From Leucoraja erinacea (Eukaryota), in NCBI RefSeq assembly GCF_028641065.1, contig NC_073379.1:20894001-20958000 (forward strand): DNA of 64,000 nt, read 5' to 3'. Position numbers and translations under genes: made by a program. Positions 51,981 to 64,000 of the stretch are shown here, one piece after another (within the stretch, counting starts at the first letter, position 1; the number at the start of each line of letters is the position of its first letter). The notes under the pieces are model-generated. The model was not told the origin of the DNA and did not search any database. It saw only the letters and a list, made by a program, of their open reading frames with translations.

Positions 51981-52354
51981 ACTTTCGACCAATAGGAAAG
52001 TGATGGTGGAAGGTTGTTTGTTGTACTGGAGGCCTGTGATTAGTTGTGTGACTCAAGGATCGATGCTGGGCCCATTGTTGTGTGTCGTCTATATCACTGA
52101 TTGGGATGGGAATGTACAAAGGATGGCAGGTAAGTTTGCAGATGTCACAAAAATAAGTGGTAGCATAGATAGTGCAGAGGTTTATTAAGAATTACACTGG
52201 CATCTTGTTCAGCTGGGCAAACGGGCCAAGGAATGGCAAATGGAGTTTAATTCGGATAAATGTAGAGTGTTTAATTGTGGGAAGTCAAACCTGGGATAGG
52301 TTACCATGAAATTAAATAATTTTGATCAGAATCATGCATCCAGAGAGTTTTAAT

Positions 52355-52678
52355 TTAGTTTATTTTAGTTCAGAGATACAGCGCGGAAACAGGCCTTTCA
52401 GCCCACCGGGTCCGAGCCGACCAGCGATACCCGCTATTGCAGATCAACACTATCCTACATCCACTAGGGACAATTTTTACATTTACCAAGCCAATTAACC
52501 TACAAACCTGTACGTCATTGGAGTGTGTGAGGAAACCGATGATCTTGGAGAAAACCCAAGCAGGTTATGGGGAGAACGTACAAACTCTGTGTAGACAGCA
52601 CCCATAGTCGGGATCGAACCCGGGTCTCCTGCACTGCATTTGCTTTAAGGCAGTAACTTTACCGCTATGCCACCATGG
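52355..52678 (-). mobile_element. V-SINE (HE1-like)
   Basis: Reverse complement of the full consensus. Confidence 0.85.
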
Positions 52679-53736
52679 CCGGCGAGGTTCCATGACTCTT
52701 ATCTTTGCCCTCTCTGGTTTGTTTGGCATTCAGGCCTTACTTTGCATCGAGAGAAGTGGATCTTGTCCAGCAGGGCCATCCCTTTCCTTGGCATCTGATA
52801 CCTATCAGTGTACAATCCATGCAGCTGAGCTCTTTCATAGTGCGTGTCATGGGAACAGCAAGAGCCATGTGGGGAATGACATCAAGTTGCTCAATGCTGC
52901 ACTGCTTTGAGATGTCCTGCAGTAGTTGCCAGAGAGAGTTTAATACCTCATTATCATGCGCAGCTACCTCCATGAACATTTACCTTGAAATCTTCTCCAG
53001 TTCAATTTTCTGTGATCAATAAACTGGTGAGAATTGCAGGTATCCACAAACTTTGTTTTAAAAAATCTTGAAGATATTACAGCTTGTTGTGTGAGATGTA
53101 CGAGTTGTTTTAATATACTAACCAATAATTGTGCTTAAGATCCTATCATCTTCAATACTTAATTTTAAATGGAATGCCATTTCCTCAGATAATTCAACAT
53201 TTAATAATTAAAAATGCTTCTTTTTAAATAAATATACACACATTTATTCATGTGTGTATATATTTATATTAAGGTATATGGACACACTGATCTGTTTTGT
53301 AGTAAATGCCTACTATGTTCTGTGTGCTGAAGCAAAGCAAGAATTTCATTGTCCTATCAGGGACACATGACAATAAACTCACTTGAACTTTAACTTGATG
53401 CAATGTATTTTATATATTATTATACGTTTATATATTTTAGCTTCTATCTGAATTTCATGTCTATTTTCCAATCTTTATTCAAGACATCATGAAGCTGTTG
53501 AAAATGTTTTTCACTTGTCTGTGAAAATATGTTGGTGAAAATTGACTCATTCTCAGTTGGGATGGAACCTGGGTCTCTGGCGCTGTAAGGCAGCAACTCT
53601 ACTGCTGTGCTACTGTGCCACCATGTGCTGGTTTGTGGCTGGTTGCAAGGCAGCCCCTGAACTGCACACCTGATGGAACTGGTGTTAGAGTGGAGAATGC
53701 CATTCCATGGACCAATGTCAGTGGCAAACACTGTCT

Positions 53737-54038
53737 TAGTTTAATTTAGAGATACAGCTAGGAAACAGGCCCTTCAGAACACTGCGTCTGCGCCGACCAA
53801 TGGTTCCCGCACATTAACATTATTCTACACAGACTAGAGAGAATTTACTATTTTACCGAATCCAACAAACCTGTATGTTTTTGGAGTGTGGGAGGAAACC
53901 GGAGCACCTGGAATAAACCCACACAGGTCATAAGGAGAATGTAAAATCTCTGTACAGTCAGCACCCGTGGTCAGGATCGAACCTGGATCTCTGGCACTGC
54001 AATGTAGCAACTCTACCGCTGCGCCACCGTGCTGCCCC
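53737..54038 (-). mobile_element. V-SINE (HE1-like)
   Basis: Reverse complement of the full consensus; an extra head lies at 53555-53625. Confidence 0.85.
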
Positions 54039-55599
54039 TAGTCACTACACTATGGATAGCAATATCCAGCCAATCCTGCAGAATGGTTTGGTCATTGAAT
54101 TTGCTGCTTCTGTTTTGCTGCTGTGCTTACTAAATATATTTTGATGACACATTTTGAAATGAATTTGCCTCTGTGGAATGAGCTGTACAACATTGCAACA
54201 CATCCGGCATTTATATCGATGCCTCCATTGCAAGAAAATCTCACTATCAACTATCAGCAAATAATGACTTGGAATTTGTAGAATTGGACTAACTGCCTAA
54301 ATCCATGTCTGCCTAAACCCATACCCAACTGTCCTAAACCTACCCAGTTTTTTATCTTGGACACAATCGACAAGACCTAGTCAGAACCTTGTACAATCTA
54401 ATGTGAGAGACCAGGAACAAACCCAATCTGAAAACATATTTGGCAGCAGATAAAACCTTTCTATTCTCTTTGAAATGTAAACACTTTCAAAAGCTGATAG
54501 ACATGAAATAAGTAATGACATAATATCAAAAAAATTACAAGCATTACAGCAAACCTATTTTAAAACAATATAGAACATTTTTAGTGGTCTTGCAGATATT
54601 GCTCCTAACCTGCAATCAGCTAGCAGACTCCCTCCCCACTGTAAGTTCTTGGGAATCTCAACAGAGTCCTGCTCTCATCTTTGGACATGTAGGGAATGCT
54701 GGAGAGGAATGAGGCGTTATGCTCAATTTCCACACATGAATAACCATGAGCTGAGGTCCCACTGAAGTGCCAGCTGCTTTTACTGGAGGACCTGCAGTTT
54801 CCTGCAACGTTCAGCCCGATATTTTATTTGAAAAAGATAGTAATATTCTTCTATTTCTGCAGAAAAATTAATGCTAACCATATGCCACTATATAAAACTG
54901 GAAAAAAAAATGAAATCCTCCCTGCTGCTTTGCATTAATACTTACAATATGTTTTTTTCATTAATATTAATTCGCAATTAGATATACAACCATGAATCTC
55001 ATTGTAATTCAGACCTTTGATACATGCATTTTAATTCAACTGAACAAGATTTTATTTAGGAATATTAAATATTTCAAAAGATTGGGTGATATATTATAGT
55101 GCAATGAATTGATAGATTGTTCTGATCAAATCACGATATCACAAAATATTGGCATTTAACTGATTAAACTGTTGTAAAATCAATGACCTTGAGCTGAAAG
55201 TAAGGGATGTAGTAGCGCACCTTAAACACTTGCCTTGCAAGTGCAAATGGTTTCAATTCAAATTGTTCTTATGCCTGATTAGCTCCAACATGAACAAAGA
55301 AGAGTAGACCCGCAACAGATGGGAAAAGTAGAATCCTAACGATTCACCCAAAAAACAAATAAGTGTACGGGAATTTCACTGCAGCATTCGTAGCAGCTAG
55401 CAATGGCTGTGGGTTCAAGTTTGACCTGTTATATCCATATAGTTGATGTTTCCTGCATATAGAGAGAGATTGCAATTCTTAAACCCCAGTGTCACAGATA
55501 TGCTGAAGTGTGCTGAATATATCTGCCATACACAGCAGTAATTCAGTGATGTCAAAAAAAAACAATCCTTTCAGAAGGATTGGCAAATTTTAGACATCT

Positions 55600-55893
55600 T
55601 AGTTTAGTTTAGAAATACAGTGCAGAAACAGGCCATTCAGCCCACTGACTAGCAATCCCAATACACAAACACTAACCTATACACACTAGGTGCAATTTAC
55701 AATTTTACTGAAGCTAATCAGCCTCCAAATCTGTATGTCTTTGGAACATTGCAGGAAACCGGAGCTCCCGGAGAAAACCAATGTAGGTCATGGGGAGAAC
55801 ATACAAACTCCATACAGACAGCACCCATAGTCAGGATCGAACCCGGGTCTCTGGCACTGTAAGACAGCAACTCTATCGTTGCACCACCATGCT
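55600..55893 (-). mobile_element. V-SINE (HE1-like)
   Basis: Reverse complement of the consensus. Confidence 0.8.
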
Positions 55894-55911
55894 GCTCATA
55901 TTTTTGGGGGA

Positions 55912-56842
55912 TTTTATTTTAATTTTTTTATTTTATTTTTTTTAGAAGTACAATAAATTACAATAATACACATCACATATATCTAAATACATTTGTTGTA
56001 CCACTTCGTTTTTCGCGCTTTAAAAAAGATAGAAATAAAAGAAGTACGGAAAGTGAGCAAGAATCATGAAGGTGCAGGAAAGTATTGGGAAAAGAAAGCC
56101 CCTTTGGGAAGAAGTTAGAGAAGGAAGTAAAGAAAGGAAATTAGACCCTAGAAAGAAAAGAAAAAAAAGGAAAAACAATCGCTCTATTGTAAAACTAAAC
56201 TACGCAAAAAAGGGTATACCAACCGTATTATTTTATTTTCATTTTTTTTTAATTTATTTTATACCCCCCATTACCAGATCCTGGTACCATTTATATTTTA
56301 AATTACTATTGCACCTTATACGTAATAGTTCCATAAATGCAGACCACGTCTTTTGGAAGTGGTCTGCTTTGCCTGCTAGGAGGAGTCTCATCTCTTCCAA
56401 GTGTAGTGTTTCGAACATGTTTGAAATCCATATTTTTATTGTTGGTATTGGAGCATTTTTCCAAAATTTGAGTATAAGCTTTTTTCCCATTATTAGCCCG
56501 TAATTAAGTAAGTTCTTTTGAAACACGTTTAATTCAGGGTTACCTACCGATATTCCAAAAATGATCCATTCTGCTTTTGGTACGTTTTGTTTTAAATAAT
56601 TTTGTGAAGATTTCAAATATTTTGTTCCAGAATTCTTGTATTTTTATACAAAAAACAAAAGAGTGTGCTATGGTAGCTTCTTGTGACTGACATTTATCAC
56701 AAATGGGTGAGATAGCTAGTTCTTGTTCCCAGTCTCTTTTAATACCATCGGTTGTAGGTATTTCTATATTTAAAATAATGTTGTATAAGTATGATATTAG
56801 ATTTGCTGATTCAGCCTTTGTCTTCATGGCTTCATCCAAGCT
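55912..56842 (-). mobile_element. L1-clade LINE 3' end with poly-A tail
   Basis: SPICDKCQSQEATIAHSFVFC (CCHC-like) ...KKLILKFWKNAPIPTIKIWIS; T-rich run at 55912-55943. Confidence 0.8.
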
Positions 56843-57519
56843 TCACCCATGGCTAAAAAAATTTTAATGACACTTTTGTCATTTACTTCAATATAATGTG
56901 TGCATTGTCTTCAGCTTTTTATTTACTGTCTTATTTCAATGTTGCAGATAAACCCAAACTACATTAACAGTGTATTGTATTGACATTGGTTTATTAGTGT
57001 CACGTGTACTGATACAGTGAAAAACCTTATTTGTGTGCTATCCAGTTAAATCATACTGTACATGAGTAAAATCAAAGATTGACACAAAATGCTGGAGTAA
57101 CTCAGCAGGACAGGCAGCATCTCTGGAGAGAAGGAATGGATGATGTTTTGGGTCGAGACCCTTCTTCAGACCAGTTGTAAAATCAAGTCGTGCACAAGTT
57201 TTACAAGTTTATAGCATTAGAGTTATAAAGAAAGTGCTGATAGAGAAACGTGCAATGTCCATAATGAGGTAAATTGGAAGATTGGGACTACACCCTATCT
57301 TCTGGCAAGACAGTTCTGTAGTCGGTGGGGAAAAAGCTGTTTCTGAATCTGTTGATATGTGCTTTTATGTTTTTGTATCTTCCCGGATGTCCTTCAACTG
57401 GCATTAATTCGTGTTTGAGTGATTAACAGATTTATCAGACCTCTTATCAACTGGTTTTTGGCCGTCCTGGTAAGAGTCAGTTTGGATGTTGGGTGTTCAA
57501 GTCACCGTTTAACACCATT

Positions 57520-59090
57520 TGCCCCTTCAATATTGTTACCAAGCCCAGGGAAATGTGTCTCTGCACATCTCTTTGTAAATGGACCGACTTCATCATCAAT
57601 AGACCACAACATGTACAAATTGGCAACATTGCTTTCACCTCGATAACCATCCGCATAGGGGCACTTCAAGGCTGCATGCATCAGTCCCCTGCTCTACCCA
57701 CCCTTTAACCATGACTATATAGCCATTCCAAATCCAACTTTAAATTCACTGATGACACCACGGGACGAATTACGGGTAATGATGAGTCAGGGCATAGGAG
57801 GGAGATCAACCTTCTGACTGAATGGTGCCAGAACAACCTTGTTCTCAATGTCAGCAAGACCAAACAGTTGACTGTTGACTTCAGAAAAACAGTCCAAGGA
57901 TCCCGAATCTGTCTTCATAGACGGGTTGGTGGTGGAGAGAGTCAACAACATCAAGTTCTTGACCATTCATATCTCTGAAGATCTGTGCTGAGCCCAGCAC
58001 ATTGATGGTTCACCAGACTGATTCCTGGGATGTCAGGACTGTCTTATGAAGAAAGACTGGATAGACTTGGTTTATACTCTCTATAATTTAGGAGATTGAG
58101 AAGGGATCTTATAGAAACTTACAAAATTCTTAAGGGGTTGGACAGGCTAGATGCAGGAAGATTGTTCCCGATGTTGGGGAAGTCCAGGACAAGGGGTCAC
58201 AGCTTAAGGATAAGGGGGAAATCCTTTAAAACCGAGATGAGAAGAACTTTTTTCACACAGAGAGTGGTGAATCTCTGGAACTCTCTGCCACAGAGGGTAG
58301 TCGAGGCCAGTTCATTGGCTATATTTAAAAGGGAGTTAGATGTGGCCCTAGTGGCTAAGGGGATCAGAGGGTATGGAGAGAAGGCAGGTACTGGATACTG
58401 AGTTGGATGATCAGCCATGATCATATTGAATGGCGGTGCAGGCTCGAAGGGCCGAATGGCCTACTCCTGCACCTAATTTCTATGTTTCTATGCAATCATA
58501 AAGAAATCCATCAATGCCTCCACTTCTTTAGAAGATTGAGGAGATTTGGCATGTCAATGCATACTCTCTTGAACTTCCACTGGCAGAGAGTCTATTGATT
58601 GGTTGCATCACAGCCTAGTTTTGCACCTCAAATGCCCAGGAACAAAGGAGGTAACAAGAAGTGGTAGACACTGCGTGGTCCATCACAGGTACTGATCTCC
58701 CCGCCATTATAAGAGGCACTGCCTCAAAAGGGCAGCCTGCATTATCAAGGGCACACACCACGCTCTAATTTCCCTCCTGCCATTCAAAAGAGAGTATAGG
58801 AGTCTTAAAATCATGACCGCCAGGTTCAGGAACAGCCTCATCCTGACAGCTGTCAAGCTCAAGCACCAACTAAAGTACGAATTCCAAACTATCTTGGTTG
58901 TACTTGGGACTAAGGGCTTTTGTTTGGTTTTACATCCAACAAAAGTGGTGTTGGCTAATTGTGCCTTTTTAATTTATGGAACTTTTGTGTGTTTATTACG
59001 TTATCATTCAGGATTGTGTTTGCAGGCCTGTTATGCTGCTGCAAGTAAGGATTTCATTGTTCTGTTGTTGGTACTGATGATAATTAAACC
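57520..59090 (+). mobile_element. Rex1/Babar-type LINE RT fragment split by CR1
   Basis: GALQGC, FTDDTT, EWCQNNLVLNVSKTKQLTVDFRK; resumes at 58493 (LHFFRRLRRFGMS). Confidence 0.8.
58008..58492 (+). mobile_element. Young CR1 3' end
   Basis: Nearly identical to 27180-27668. Confidence 0.92.
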
Positions 59091-61899
59091 AGAGGATTAG
59101 ACATCTATTGCCTTATAGATGCTTAATAATTGACACTTAAGGTCATGGTTTTCTGAGGAATAATTGGCTGCACAAAGAGGGGAGGGAAATTAAACTACAT
59201 TTCCAGTCATGTATTTGTGTCTGTATGTTGATGGGAGTGGGGGGATGTGTGTTCAGTTTCTATCAGAGTTAAAATGGAATTCAGTTTTAAAGTGTTCTAC
59301 TGTGGAATCAAATTTGAAAGGCGCCACTCACATCTATTCGTTTTTGTAAAGAAATATTTGAGACAAATTAGGAATTCTTTGCCCTTTTCAATTCTGGAAT
59401 TTGACCCCATCATTATTCATCCTCTAAACTTCAAAGAAATCCATCGCAACACAGGCTGAAGCTCTTAAATAAATCAGGAATCTCTGCTCCACTGTGAAGT
59501 TATGATACACCTTTGTGTTCTTTCTCATGCCAAAAAAAATAATGTTCTTACTTAAAACAAATAAGTAACTAGATGCCAATTGTGCCAGTAGTTCAAGTGA
59601 AATAAAGTAAGAGTTATTAATGGGCTAACATCTTTAAAAGAAGAAACAATGTGCCAGTAATAATCTTTTTATTTCAAATGTGTGTTAGGACTGCAATTAA
59701 AATTCTAGTTTAATTGGACAAGATTCCTTTTACTCTATTTATTGCTGTGTATTCATCTGCCAATCTGCAGATGAATACACAGCAATGGAATTGCTTGGAA
59801 TAAACTAATTTAATTCAATAAAGGCTTAGTTAAGCTAAAGTTGGGGTCATGATGTCAAGTCGCAATTTAAGCAAAAATCACTGCAGAAAAGCTTTAGTAA
59901 TGTTGGTGTGATTAACACAGAATAATCAATTTTATCCCTGGCAGGAAACCAATGGCAGACAATGGAAAGGAGTTGGAGTCCCAACAGATTGTAATCACTG
60001 GACATTGTCTGAATCATGCTCGTTAGCCTTCTTCACCTTTTCCAAACATGTGGCGGCCAAACTTAAGAGGAGATTTCTTCCATTCACGATAAGAAAGGTA
60101 AGGGGATTACAAGCCTGTGTAGCCCTTGCAGGGTTGTTGATCTGACTCCAGCGCAAAAGACATTATCTTCCAACAAAGGTAGCAATGCTAAACCAAGAGT
60201 CCCTCCGGACTGAGCAGACAGTGGCGCTACCCTCCCCAGTCCTTTCCTGCTGCAGGAGGTGATTAAATGTTGCTGCCTAGATTTTTTTGTCATTTGAGAA
60301 CAGTAAGATAATATGAATGGGCCACCTCGCTTGCCACGTGGTTCAGCAAAACTACGAAAAATCTTCCTCTGTAACATCTTTATACTATTCTTATAACAAT
60401 GTAAAGCACTTTGGCCAACGAGAGTTGTTTTTTTAAATGTGCTATATAAATACATGTGACTGACAGACTGTCTGACCTCATCCTCTCCTGATGACAATAC
60501 TCCTTTAAACTCTAAGTGTCTATCAATCCCAGCCTGGATCAAGACATTAAGAGCAGGAATTGATATGTTGGCCCCTCAAACCTGTGCCACCGTTTTGATC
60601 ATGGCTGATCTGCCCCAGCACCCATCTCCTCTTCTGTGCCAGTTTCCCTGAGCACTCAATTCCCTGATCTCTCAAAAATGTATCTACCTCCTCTTTAAAT
60701 AAATGACCAGCCTCCACCCCTCCTCCAGGATAGAGAATACCAAAAAATCACCACAGTGAAGAAATTCCTCCAGAGTTCAGTGTTAATCACGGTCTGTTTA
60801 ATGGTGTTCCTTTGATTGAAAATCTCCCATTTGTGGAAACTTCACAATATGTACCCTATGTCTAGGAGAAAGGTCCCGGCCTGAAGTGTTGACTATCCAT
60901 TTATATCTATAAATGTTGTTCGACCTGCTGAATTCCTCCACTAGACGGCTTTGCAGCATCCGCAGTTCCCTGTGTCTCAATATCCACTCTGTCCCTTTGG
61001 AATTTATGTATTCAAGTCAAGTCAAGTCAAGTTTATTCGTCACATACACATACGAGATGTGCAGTGAAATGAAAAGTGGCAATGCTCGCGGACTTTGTGC
61101 AAAAAGACAAACAAACAACCAAACAAATTACAAACAGAACTACAAACATTCAATAAGATTATTTGTCTAGCCTCCAGCTCTAACTTTTATAGCCATCGGT
61201 GCAAAGGAATATTTCATCTTCTCCCAGGAATTAAACAAATGGATCTCTAATGGAAGAATACTCTTTCTTAAATGGACCAAATACTCTAGCACATACTCTC
61301 TGTGTGACTTCCCCAGTTCTCTCAATACCTCTTTCTTATTTCAAACTCCACTCCCAAGAAATAAAGGGCATTGTACCACTTTACTTTGCTGCACCTTCGT
61401 GTTAACAGTGTATTTCATGCACAAATGACCTATCTGTATTTCACATATTTACAATACCTCCCCATTTTACACACAAGGTGCTTTTTGATTCCACCCTTTA
61501 AAACCTCAGACTTTCAAATATTAAATTCCATTTGCATAGTTTCTACCACTCTCTCGACCTTTCTATATCCTGTTGCTGAATATGCCACGCCCTGTCCCCT
61601 CTTCTAAGTTATGTGTGCATTTGAAGGCTTGAGCAACCAATAAGTCTTAAAATTACCTATTTATTCTTACTCCCAATCTTTAATGTGATAACCCATCATC
61701 AATAAATGTTCTCACAGCTTCCCCAGTGCTGTGAGCTCTTATGAACTAGCCTTTTATGTGATTTTATGCGTTTCATTCTGGAAATCCAAATTCACCATAT
61801 CTAGTGTCCTTGTATTGAATCTGTTATGTCGTCAAAGAACTCCAGCAAACTTGTCAAACATGCTTTACTTTTGTATAAGACTATGTTAACCTGGTTTAA

Positions 61900-62570
61900 C
61901 AAGTATGTGTTAACGTTCTCCGGTTTATTTTATGTGGACGGTGGGGGGGAGGGGGGGGTTGGAGGAAACCGTTTTTCAATCTCTTACCTTGCTGGTGATG
62001 CGATTATTTTCCGGATCGTATCTCCAGTTGCTCTGCGGACTAACATCGTGGAGCTGAAGGCCTTGCTTAAGGCTGACTTTGAGTCCCACCGCGGGGATGT
62101 GGACTTACCATCGGAGCCGATTCCTTGTCTGGGATCGACGCTCCACCTGTGTCCTGCGGACTTTAACATCAAGGAGCTCGCAGTCTCGGGTTGAGACCGA
62201 TGTCAGGAAGCTCCAAAAGCCGCATTACGTTTGACTTGCCCCGACCCGGGATAGATCGCCTGGCGCGGGGGAACTGCGACCCCCCCTGATGCAGGGGTTT
62301 GATCGCCCTGACGAGGAGGGCCCGCCGCTGGCTACAGGAGTAAGATTGTTAGTGGCCCCCGACTGCTGAAGGACAAAGAAGGGAGAGATTGAACTTTTTA
62401 TTCGCCTTCCATCACAGCGGGGAATGTGGAGGAGTCACTGTGGTGGATGTTCATGGTAAAATGTATTATGTGTGTTCGATTGCTTTTTATTGGTATGACT
62501 GTATGGCAAATCAAATTTCTCATATGTTGTAAAACATACTTGGCTAATAAAGTAAGGTTATGATTATTAT
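61900..62570 (+). mobile_element. Non-coding GC-rich retroposon with (ATGATT)n tail
   Basis: The 3' segment CCATCACAG...TCACTGTGGTGGAT is shared with the 37275-38168 element; AATAAA then a microsatellite tail. Confidence 0.55.
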
Positions 62571-62571
62571 T

Positions 62572-62830
62572 TTGCTTGGGTAGTTTACACCCCAGCGGTA
62601 TGAACATTGACCTCCGATTTCAGATAGCCCTTGCTTTCTCCCTCCTTCCCCTCCCCTTCCCAGCTCTCCCACAAGCCTACTGCCTGCACCTCTTCCTTTC
62701 TTTTTCCCGCCAAGCCCCCCCTCCCCCCCGACATCAGTCTGAAGAAGGGTCTTGACGCGAAACGTCGCCTATTCCTTTTCTCCATAGATGCTGCCTCACC
62801 CACTGAGTTTCTCCAGCATTTTTGTTAACC
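62572..62830 (+). mobile_element. Penelope-like 3' end/pLTR
   Basis: CTGAAGAAGGGTCTTGACGCGAAACGTC hammerhead-like core; related to 10836-11150. Confidence 0.75.
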
Positions 62831-63325
62831 TATGATTATGATGATTATGATTATGATTGATTGTATTATCCTTGGGCTGCTTGCAATGTCCTCCATTGTG
62901 AAGAATGATGCCATTGTTCTGAATTGCCAGTCATTTACTTTATTCCCCATTATTGCATTATTAGTACACGCAGGCACGGGCCGTGAGTAATTACTCAGGG
63001 GAGGCAGTCAGTCAGCTTTTAAAAAAAACTTAAACCGCGCATGCGCAGATTGTTCTCTCCATAAAAATAAAAAATAAATATAAAAACAGTAACAATTCAA
63101 TTTGCCCAAGACTTCCTAGGGAGAGTTGGTGGGAAAAATGGGAGCACAGGGAAAAGTTGAATTAGTTGTCTTCTAATTGAATGACAACACTTGTTCAAGG
63201 GACCAATTGGGGGGAGAGTTCCTTTCACAGCGTGTGGAGAGTCTGTGCCGGGGTAAAGTTGCAGGGAGAGCAGGAGTGTTGAGAAGGAGGGGGTCGGGGA
63301 TAATGCCAGTAACTCACTCACTCAC

Positions 63326-63439
63326 CGCTGCCGCAGCCCTTCGGGCGCAAAGCCACCGCACTGTAGCTGGGGATAGAAGCAGCTCGGGGAGCTGCGAGCG
63401 GCTGCCGGGACCCGACAGCAGAACTGGCCGCCACTTCAT
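63326..63439 (-). CDS. Tentative first coding exon (MKWRPVLLSGPGSRSQLPELLLSPATVRWLCARRAAAA)
   Basis: CpG-rich region, ATG with G at -3, 38 open codons, then consensus donor GCG|GTGAGT. Confidence 0.4.
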
Positions 63440-64000
63440 CGCCTTCTGCCGGCCCGCTCACCTCTGACAGTATTCTCCTTCTGAACTCCTCTCGCCTGCC
63501 GCTCGCTGACCTCGCTCATGTCAGCTGCTCCTGCAAATCCTTAAATTCCCACAGCTGAGTAACCTCAATCGCGCTGTCGGAATTTAAGGATTTGCGGATG
63601 CAGCTGAAATGAGTGAGGCCAACGAGCGGCAGGAGAGAGGTTTTTAGACGGAGAGATGCCAGAGGTGAACGGGGGCCGGCAGAGGAGCTGTATTTAAAAA
63701 CATCACCAAGAAATGTACTTACCACATCATTGCTACACGAGCTCCATTCTTCTCTCCCTGTTTACTACAATACACTTAAAATAATACCAATCCATATTTG
63801 AAAACCCTGCCAAGAAACTAGCACTGTACATGCACGGTAGGCTGCTGCAGCTGCACAGTGCTGCAAGGGCAGAATTTCAGCTGCCCTCAGCCCCGCTTGA
63901 AATTGACGGCTTCAGGCAGTGCTGACGGCACGTGGGCTGCACAGACCTTCAAGGGTTACAAGCGCTGTGGATGAAAGGCACGGAGAATTATGCCTACCTA

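Noticed and set aside
63030-63050. NRF1-like CGCGCATGCGCA promoter motif
   Set aside because: The surrounding sequence resembles the reverse complement of the repeat segment at 43690-43740, so it is probably repeat-derived

Overview
Eukaryotic, repeat-dense vertebrate DNA. The SINE, CR1 and Penelope content points to a cartilaginous fish, probably a skate or ray (inference). No prokaryotic genes and no true CRISPR array were found. The main elements are two DIRS1-like tyrosine-recombinase retrotransposons. The first is a near-complete copy at 29376-33840 (+) with gag, RT, an adenine-methyltransferase-like domain, YR, ITRs and an ICR; it is disabled and lacks RNase H. The second is a 4.36-kb derivative at 2421-6781 (-) whose termini and ICR are intact but whose ORFs are destroyed. 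It carries a ~75-bp hairpin-rich repeat array with 15-nt variable segments and an internal 105-bp duplication. Both elements sit in the same 6-bp core, ATTTTA, which is also the circle junction stored in their ICRs. The rest is V-SINE (HE1-like) copies, CR1, Rex1/Babar, L1, Tx1 and RTE fragments, Penelope fragments including palindromic hammerhead-motif units with TSDs, Harbinger and hAT MITEs, a solo LTR and a 178-N gap. A few tentative minus-strand host exons are present, one next to a ~240-bp hairpin at 63.4-63.7 kb. All family assignments are from motif recognition by eye, not database searches.
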